DNA of 64,000 nucleotides from the human T2T-CHM13v2.0 reference genome, Homo sapiens: NCBI GenBank assembly GCA_009914755.4, contig CP068257.2, positions 22,304,001 to 22,368,000 of the forward strand, read 5' to 3'. Shown piece by piece: positions 54,988 to 64,000 of this stretch (position 1 is its first letter; each line of letters starts with the position of its first letter). The notes under the pieces were generated by a model. It saw only the letters and a program-made list of their open reading frames with translations, ran no database searches and was not told where the DNA came from. The position numbers and the translations under genes were made by a program.

Positions 54988-56465
54988 TCAAAGTTGGTAA
55001 ATAAGGGAAAGAATCTACCATTTATTCTGCCTTTCCTATATTAACTGTGTCACTGAATGAGACATAGGCAAAATAAAACACTTTTAAAAGATATATTTTA
55101 GTCCTGTGAAGAAGTTTAGTGGAGAAGAAACTTTGGAATTAGGATAATGCTATTTTTGCAACCACTAATGAACGAAGTGAGAATCTGTGGCTGCTAATAT
55201 TACAAAATGAGAGACAATCAAATATCATATTATTCCTAATTGAAACAATCACATTACATTAAAATCTAACACACTGATTTTATGGGATAGTTCTGCTGTA
55301 TGCTATAGATAGAATAACTATAAAAAGCTCCTTTAATTTGCATCACTTATTCCCAATAATTATGCATGATTCCTTCTGATCTTCCCATATGGAATCAATT
55401 GCTTTTGCTATATATTAACCATATACAGTCTTTTTCTCTAGGACTCTAGAGGATACATATTCTAATGAGATTCAGTAAGTTTTAGAGGCAACGTAATCCA
55501 AGCATATGCAGAGAACAATTCATTTTCTCTATTTTAAGGTCCACAATTAACTTTAATGAGTATTTTTTCATTGTCCTTGGAGAACCTACCTGTCAGGTCA
55601 CCTTATGTGAGGGGGTGATTCAATAGGAGGTTCTTTGGGTACTTCAGTTACCAGATTCCTAATGTTACAATCTAACTTCTACTAGATATTGGAAAGGCTT
55701 CCCTGCATTTTATACACTCAATACTGAGTGCATTGGGTAGACCAGCATAGGAACTTCAGTGAATTCCTTTTGTTTACATCAATAATTATTATTCAGTTTC
55801 AACTTGAGAATAAAGTAAAGCCGAGAAAGAGATTCGTAAGGCCTTTGTAAACCCTTCTTAAATAAGCCTAGCTATAGGCATCATTAAATACTGACTAACC
55901 CAGTTGTACTTATAAAGGCTTAGCTCATTTAATTGTACTTTGCATATATTGTGTTATTTACAAATTGAAGGTTTCTGACAACTGTTTCTCAAGCAAGTCT
56001 ATTGGCATCATTTTTCCAACAGTATATGCTCACTTCCTGCCTCTGTGTCACAGTTTGGAAATTCTTACAATATGTTAAACTTTTTCACTATTAAATCTGT
56101 TATGGTGATCTGTGATCAGTGATCTTTGATGTTATGTTACAATTGTTTTGGGGCACCACAAACTGTGCCCATATAAGACCACAAATGTAATCAAGAAATG
56201 TGGTGTGTGTTCTAATTGCTCCACTGACTAGCAGTGTTTCCTTATCTGTGTGTGTTTTTGGGTGTGGTAGGGAAAGGGAAGTGATATTGAGCATAGATAA
56301 TTGCAAGTCCAAATACTCGGTTGCAAAGGTTATCTAGAGCTTTGGGAATTCTGAAGCAAGACAATCTGAATCAAACCCATTTGAAAGGTGTTGAAAGAAA
56401 GAAAAATAGAAAGTTTGTCTTTCAGACTTACCCTCAACATGCCAGCACAAATTCTGTCTTCTCTG

Positions 56466-56612
56466 CTGCCATATAAGATATGACCTGCTCCTCCTTGTCT
56501 TCTACCATCGTTGTAAGTCCTCCCCAGCCACATGAAACTGTGAGTCCATTAAACCTCTCTCTTTATAAATTACCCATTATCAGGTATGTCTTTATTAGCA
56601 GTGTGAAGAAAA
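56466..56612 (+). mobile_element. MaLR (THE1/MST-type) LTR 3' end fragment
   Basis: ctgccatataagatatgacctgctcctccttgtcttctaccatcgttgtaagtcctccccagccacatgaaactgtgagtccattaaacctctctctttataaattacccattatcaggtatgtctttattagcagtgtgaag. Confidence 0.8.
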
Positions 56613-57102
56613 AAAGAGTGAGGGAAAAATAGTAACAGGGATTTTCTCTTGCTTTTCTAGGTTTCCCAATCCAGATACACTGGTTCACTCTTGGCATTCT
56701 GGAAGCAGGGATGCCACTCCCACAATACCTGGGGTGGAATAGGTCACCTATTGAAAAATAAGAACAAAAACAAAAAACAAGAAATCATATGAAGATTCTC
56801 TCCACACTCACTAGTTTGCAGGACGCCTTTTCCTCCAGTGCTCTCACCAGAAATTCAGGCTGTCTTTGGAGTTTTTGTTAAGTGTGCCTGCTATGTAGTT
56901 GATCCATTTAGCCAGTCCCAGTCTCCTCTGCAAATCCAGGACATAAAATAAGAAAAAGGCCAAAGAAAGCTGATAATCACTATATAGTGGTTCTTCAAGT
57001 TTAAACTTCTTCAACTGCAGATATTATTTACACTTCAAATACTCAAGTAGTTGCTTTTGTATTTTGTCCGGTCTTTTTAGTTGTAATCTACAGAGGAGAT
57101 AT

Positions 57103-59332
57103 TGTATTAGTCTGTTCTCATGCCACTAAGAAAGACATACCTGAGACTGCATAATTTATAAAGGAAAGAGAGGTTTAATGGACTTACAGTTCCACATGGC
57201 TGGGGAGGCCTCACAATCATGGTGGAAGAAGGAGGGGTAAAGGTACATCTTACATGGTAGCAGGCAAAATAGTGTGCGCAGGGGAACTGCCCTTTATAAA
57301 ACCATTGGATCCCATGAGACTTATTTACTATCATGAGAACAGCAAGAGAAAGTTCTGCCCTCATGATTCATTTACCTCCCACTGGGCCCCTCCCATGACA
57401 GGTGGGGATTATGGTTGCTACAATTCAAGATGAGATTTGGGTGAGGACACAGACAAACCATATTATTTTGCCCTTGGCACCTTCAAAATCTTATGTCCTC
57501 ACATTTCAAAACCAACCATGCCTTCCCAACAGTCCTCCCAAATCTTAACTCATTTCAGCATTTCAAAAGTCCACAGTCTAAAGTCTCATCTGAGACAAGG
57601 CAAGTCCCTTCCACCTATGAGCCTGTAAAATCGAAAGCAAGTTAGTTACTTCCTAGTTACAATGTGGGTACAGGCATTGGGTAAATGCAGCCATTCCAAA
57701 TGGGAGAAATTGGCCAAAACAAAGGGGCTACAGGCCCCATGAATGTCTGAAATCCAGTGGGCCATCAAATCTTAAAGCTCCAAAATGATCTCCTTTGACT
57801 CCATGGCTCATAACTAGGTCACGCTGATGTAAGAGATGGGTTCCTATGGTCTTTGGCAGCTCCACCCCTGTTGCTTTACAGAGTACAGCCTCCCTCCCAG
57901 CTGCTTTCTTGAGTGTTTGAGGCTTTTCCAGGTGCACAATGCAAGCTGTCAGTCAATCTACTATTCTGGGGTCTGGAGGATGGTGGGCTTTTTCTCACAG
58001 TTCTACTAGGTAGTGCCCACATAGGGACTCTGTGTGGGGACTCCCGTTCCACATTTCCCTTCCATGCTGCCCTAGCAGAGGTTCTCCATGAGGGCTCTGC
58101 CCCTGTGGTGCACTTCTGCCTAGGCATCCAGGTGTTTCCATACATCCTCTGAAATCTAGGTGGAGATTCCCAAACCTCAATTCTTGATTTCTGTGTATGT
58201 GCAGGCCCAACACCATGTGTAAAATGTCAAGACTTGGGGCTTGCATCCTCTGAAGCAATGGCCTGAGCTGTGCGTCGTTGGCCTCTTTTAGCCATGGCTG
58301 GGATGTAGGGCACCAAGTCCCAGGCATGTACACAGCAAGGCAGGCCCTGAGTCCAGCCCATGAAACCATTTTTTGCTCCTAGGTCTCCAGGCCTGTGATG
58401 GTAGAAGCTGCTATGAAGACCTCTGACATGCGCTGGAGGCATTTTCCCTATTGTCTTGGCAATTAACATTTGGGTCCTTATTACTTATGCAAATTTCTAC
58501 AGCAGGCTTGAATTTGTCCCCAGAATTTCTTTTTTTTTGTATTTCATTGTCAGCCTGCAAATTTTCCAAACATTTATGTACTGCTTCCTCTTGAACTCTT
58601 CACCGGTTAGAAATTTCTTTTACTAGATACCCTAAATCATCTCTCTCAAGTTCAAAGTTCCACATATCTCTAGGGCAGGGACAAAATCCTGCCAGTCTCT
58701 TTGCATAGCTATAGTGACCTTTACTCCCATTCTCAACAAGTTCCTCATCTGCATCTGAGACCACCTCAGCCTGGACTTTATTGTCCATATCAATATTAGT
58801 ATTTTGGTCAAAGCCATTCAAGAAGTCTCCAGGAAGTTTCAAATGTTCCCATATCTTCCTATCTTCTTCTGAGCTCTCCACACTGTTCCAACTTTGACTA
58901 TTACCCAGTTCCAAAATCACTTCCACATTTTGGTATCTTTACAGCAGCCCTCCACCACCTGGTACCAATTTATTGTATTTGTCCTCATGCTACTAATAAA
59001 GACATACCCGAGATTGGGTAGTTTATAAAGAAAAGAGAGGTTTAGTGGACTCAGAGTTCCACGTGGCTGGGGAGGCCTCACAATCATGGCAGAATGAGAA
59101 GGAGGAGCAAAGACACATCTTACATGGTGGTAGGCAAGAGAGCGTGTGTAGGGGAAATGCCCTTTATAAAACCATTAGGTCTCATGAGACTTATTCACTA
59201 TCACAAAAACAGCATGGGAAAAACCCATCCCCATGATTCAATTACCTCCCATTGGCTTCCCATGACAGGTGGGGATTATGGGAGCTACAATTCAAGATGA
59301 GATTTGGGTAGAGACAAAGCCAAACCATATCA
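57103..59332 (-). mobile_element. THE1-family (ERVL-MaLR) full-length element, antisense: 3' LTR 57103-57465, internal 57466-58973, 5' LTR 58974-59332; 5-bp target-site duplication gatat/gatac
   Basis: Both LTRs are reverse complements of the THE1 consensus: tgtattagtctgttctcatgccactaagaaagacatacctgagactg ... ccaaaccatat(ca/ta). The internal region is homologous to 40.6-41.65 kb, for example the ORF 58632-58817 MALTKILILIWTIKSRLRWSQMQMRN.. versus 40771-40992 MALTKMLIVISIIKSRLRWSQIEMRN... Flanks gatat|LTR...LTR|gatac. Confidence 0.85.
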
Positions 59333-59454
59333 GATACCTTCAGTGAACTTACTCTGTGTTAGAGAAAACTAGAATTCATACTAAGGCTTTTTGTTTGCAA
59401 CCATGCATTTAAAAGTATAAATCGTAAATTTATGTCTTATTTGTATTTATTAAT

Positions 59455-59520
59455 TTGTGTGTATGTGTGTTTGTATGTGTTTATGTGTGTATATATATAT
59501 ATATAAATCATATATATATT
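59455..59520. repeat. (GT)n/(TA)n compound low-complexity repeat
   Basis: gtgtgtatgtgtgtttgtatgtgtttatgtgtgtatatatatatatataaatcatatatatatt. Confidence 0.8.
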
Positions 59521-59917
59521 CCATAGCATTTATCACTATGTGAGGTGAAAATATACATTTTTATTTTCTCATGTTCTCTTTCTCTAATTCAACATCCATC
59601 ACCTAGATTAATGATTTGTAATTTTTTTTTCTGTAAAGGGCCTAAAAGTAAATGTTTTAGGCCTTGTAGGACATATTGTCTCTGTAGCATCTTCTCAGCT
59701 TTGCCATTGTATCTATCATGAAAGTAAATACAGACAATGAGTAAGCAAGTGAGCATGGCTGTGATCCAACTGTACTTACAAAAACAACTGGTGGGCAGAT
59801 TTTCCCTCTCAAACCATAGTTTGTCAACTTTGACCTGGAACATTTAACAGAATATAGTAGACATCTAGTAAATACATGCTAAATGAGAGTTCAAAACTTT
59901 AAAAAGTTAACTTAAAA

Positions 59918-60178
<261 letters not shown>

Positions 60179-60284
60179 TTATATTCAGTGATTCCTTTGG
60201 CATTAATATAAATATGCCATTTTTATATAATGGAATCATTTAATATAATGGAACAATTTTATCCTTAGTTTGTCAACATAGTTA

Positions 60285-60287
<3 letters not shown>

Positions 60288-60329
<42 letters not shown>
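60288..60329. repeat. (TG)21 perfect dinucleotide microsatellite
   Basis: Uninterrupted gtgtgtgtgt... run of about 42 bp. Confidence 0.95.
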
Positions 60330-60331
<2 letters not shown>

Positions 60332-62378
60332 CATATTGGATCCCCTTTTAATTATAAATTGTACTTGTCTGCTCTATATTGCTCTTTCATAATACTGATA
60401 AATTTAACTTATTAAATATTAGTTTAGGACGTTGGCATCTATATTCACAAATGAGATCATAACAGTTTCAATTGTTGTGATGAGCTTATTAGTTACTTTG
60501 TATTTTTTTTATACCTACTGCTTACCAACTCTCGTGGAATTCATGGATAATTAAGTTCACATTGTTTAAATTGACTAAATACCAATCTAGACAACCCATA
60601 TTTTCAACATTTGTTTTGGATATTTTTAATGTGGCTAAAATCAGAAGTAAATATGTCATTGGAAATATTCAAAAATCAAATGTGATTTTATTTCAAGGCA
60701 AAAAATTAACATACATTTGAGAACCCACTATGTGGGAGATATTCAGAAAAGCATTGAGTATAGATAGAACTAAGACACAGTTTCTATCTCCAAGGAGCTC
60801 AAAGCCTAATAGAATTCAGAATCAAGCAGAAGATTGTAGAGAGGCAGAGTTTGTGTTACATACATCTGAAGAGTGGAGCTCTATCAGTCTCATACAATTC
60901 ACTTCTCTAGAATGAAATATTTCTCATTTCCAAACTTATTATTGCCTCATGTACAAACTCACATCTTTTATTATTATTATTGTTTAATCATCTTCAAGAT
61001 ACATATTAAACATGGAAACTGCACATCTTAATTTTAAGGAATTTCTAAGGAAATGTCTATCCTAATAAATAATATGTATATTTTCTTCTTTGTTAAATGA
61101 ATTAATTAAATATAAAATACAATAACCAAATGTCAGCTACCCAATCTTTCTGTAGCCTTTTAGCTTGTTTCATCAATTTGTCAGATACATGGTTTTGATT
61201 TGGGACTCAGAAAAATCAGTCATTGATGCATTAACATGAGCAACAGGGAGTAAAAGGTGTCCAACTCCTAAGCCTCCGGGACTTTTGTAAACAGAGCTCA
61301 GACTACATAACTAGCTCAAATGTGAGAGCTGAGATCCATTAAATTCCATGTATTTAGGTACAGATCAATAGCTCTGCTAAAATATTCCCATGATTTAAGG
61401 ATTATTTTTATAGTACAGCAACTCCCATATCTTTTTCTGTAAATATGCCAAAAAATAAAATTTAAAGAAGGGGACAAAGCTGAATATTTATAAATGTTTC
61501 TTGAGTTAGTTAAAAATTATTCAACATTCTATTTTATTGCTTATAGTTAAAATATAGCCTACCACGAAAGCCATAGCCAGCACAATTAGACTTCTGAATT
61601 AAAGGCAAAAATGAGACGTTTTGACAGCTATGGAACATTGCATTTCACGGGACTCATGCACAGCTAGGTAGCACAGGTGTTCCCGTAATTGCAGTACAAT
61701 GGAAAAATTCAGTGTTCAATGGCCTTCAAATTCTTCACTGTTGTGTGTGATGTGATATAAAGATCCTCTGTCAGTGCTGTCTCCTTTCTCTGTGATGGGA
61801 TGTCATTATGTGCAATGTAACTGAAAATATTTTAGAGTTCTGGCTCTTCAGAATCTAGATGAAAACTAAATATTTGGTTTCTTTCTCATATACCTATAGT
61901 TTCTGCGGGTCTGCCTCTGTGATTTTACAAATATAGAAAAACATTTTTCAAGCCTTTGTTGACAGGAGTTTACATTGTGAGTGATACCTTCCTTTTCTCT
62001 CATTAGGATGCTGCACCCAAACTCTGCTATTTCTCAACCAGCTGCAATAATTATCTTTAACAATGTGCTGTATAATATGAAAAGAATTGGGGTGATTTTT
62101 TTTCCATTTTACTCACTAGAGTTTTTGCCAATTTCAAGTGTGAATTCCTTAAACATCCTCTCGGTAAACAAGGACATAAGGAGATAGAAGCTTAGGTATG
62201 AAAAATAGGATAGATCACATATACCTTTAAAATCATACCGTATTCAAAGTTTTGAAAGAGAACATTTCATATTAGGATAATTTTTGCTGAAAAAGAAATC
62301 TGAAAGTTTAATTTTCAAAATCACAATGAAATTGACTCAGTGATCATCTTGATGCAGAGCCATTGGCTCTTAATTGAA

Positions 62379-62664
<286 letters not shown>

Positions 62665-63056
62665 TGTCAACTGAATCCTTAATAAAGATCTTTCTGTCTT
62701 TCGAAGTTTGCTTATAATAATTGGGCATGGCAAACTATTTATTTTTATCACTATTTTCAAGCCTTCTTTTGAGTAATTTCACCTTGATCAAATGGAACAT
62801 ACAGAAGAATTTTAGGCAAGTTTATAAATGGTGATTATTAGACATAGAAGATGATATTTCCTTTTTGGATTGTGCATTGACCTTGATTTATATAAGTGAC
62901 ATTAACCTGATTTGATCAAGAGTATCTGCTTTTTGGTTTACAGGCTGATCTCATGGCTCATGGGATTTGATTGACAAGAATGAAATCTTCAGGAAAATTA
63001 TACCCGAGCTGAAAATGCCCATGTGATTATTTGCATTGAGCAAATCTCTATCAAGG

Positions 63057-63372
63057 GGCCAGGTACAATGGCTCTTGCCTGTAATCTCAGCACTTTGGAT
63101 GGCTAATTTGCGAAGATTGCCTGAGCCCAGGAGTTCAAGACCGGGCAATATAAAAAGACCCCATCTCTACAAAAATAAAAATTTTTAAAAAGCATCCAGG
63201 TATAGTGACATGAACCTGTCACCAGCTACTTGGGAGGCTGAGGCCAGGGGATTTCTTGAGCCTAGGAGTTAAAGGCTTCAGTGAGCTATGATTGTACCAC
63301 TACAGTCAAGTCTGAGCATCAGTGAGACCCTGTCTTTAAAGTAAACAAAAAAATAAATAAAAATAAAATAAG
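63057..63372 (+). mobile_element. AluJ SINE, sense, diverged
   Basis: ggccaggtacaatggctcttgcctgtaatctcagcactttggatggctaatttgcgaagattgcctgagcccaggagttcaagaccgggcaatataaaaagaccccatctctacaaaaataaaaa ... A-rich tail. Confidence 0.85.
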
Positions 63373-64000
63373 GAAATCTCTGCCAATCAAATGACATGCT
63401 CGTGTCTCTTGACTAATAGATTATCTACTTGTGGGGCTATCAAAGGTAAATTGCAATGAGAACATTGCTTGATGAGCATGGAAATAGAAGAGCAAGAATT
63501 AGGTGGATGGTCTGCATGCTAATATGCCATATGCAGTTATGTATAAATAGATATTTTAGTACTTGAATTAGAGTCTTTTTCTCTTAGTCATGGTGGATAT
63601 CTATGTACCAGTACTGCATTGTTTGATCCTATTTTTAAGACTAGTGTCACAGTTTTTCTTGAGAAAGTGAATAGTATGTCTCATTCAATACAATACCATA
63701 AATAACATTTTTGTTTATTTTTAAGTACTTACTGTTAATTATTCTAACATTTAAGTGCATACTTCATTTCAGCTTGAAATTTTCCTCTTATTAGGCTTTT
63801 CGCGAGAATAATAAATATGGGACAAACACACAAATTTTGCATACTCATTAATAGGTTGACAGATATCTTGAAGTTAATTAATGTACTACTAGTTAAGAGT
63901 AAGTTCTTAAGGCTTGCTTACTTTCAGGACCAGAACATAATTTGATTTTGTTGTTGTTCCTATTAAATTCAGAATCTTTTAGAGATTTCAAGATACTAAG

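Noticed and set aside
60288-60329. (TG)n tract as a possible Z-DNA regulatory element or CRISPR-like repeat
   Set aside because: It is a plain dinucleotide microsatellite without spacers. Z-DNA potential is generic to (TG)n, and there is no adjacent gene or promoter evidence in the window.

Overview
This window reads as primate (almost certainly human) intergenic, gene-desert-like DNA. It is AT-rich, with no CpG island and no convincing protein-coding exon. Every ORF of 60 codons or more in the supplied track lies inside an interspersed repeat or is short and low-complexity. The recognisable content is transposable-element derived. It includes about 30 Alu SINEs (young AluY copies with intact target-site duplications through to old AluJ, FRAM and FLAM monomers) and two MIR fragments. 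An MLT1 MaLR LTR is split by an L1 3' end. There is an internally deleted Tigger (pogo-type) DNA transposon. Two full-length THE1 (ERVL-MaLR) elements with both LTRs lie in opposite orientations. A degenerate class I (gammaretrovirus-like) endogenous retrovirus sits on the minus strand at about 17.3-23.2 kb; it carries partial gag, pro, pol, env and a 3' LTR but has lost its 5' LTR. It abuts a complex L1 cluster at about 23.2-29.2 kb: a minus-strand old L1 covering all of ORF2, a plus-strand L1 3' end, and nested Alus. Several microsatellites are present. The most unusual structure is at the HERV/L1 junction. A 57-bp L1 inter-ORF/ORF2-start segment occurs twice in direct orientation, 56/57 identical, on either side of the inverted L1 ORF2 body and 4.1 kb apart. 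The two L1 3'-ORF2 ends are arranged as an inverted repeat. I see no prokaryote-type system (no operons, CRISPR, tRNA or rRNA genes) and nothing I can defend as a novel functional system. The findings are structural and evolutionary. All coordinates are hand-derived and approximate to within about 10 bp.
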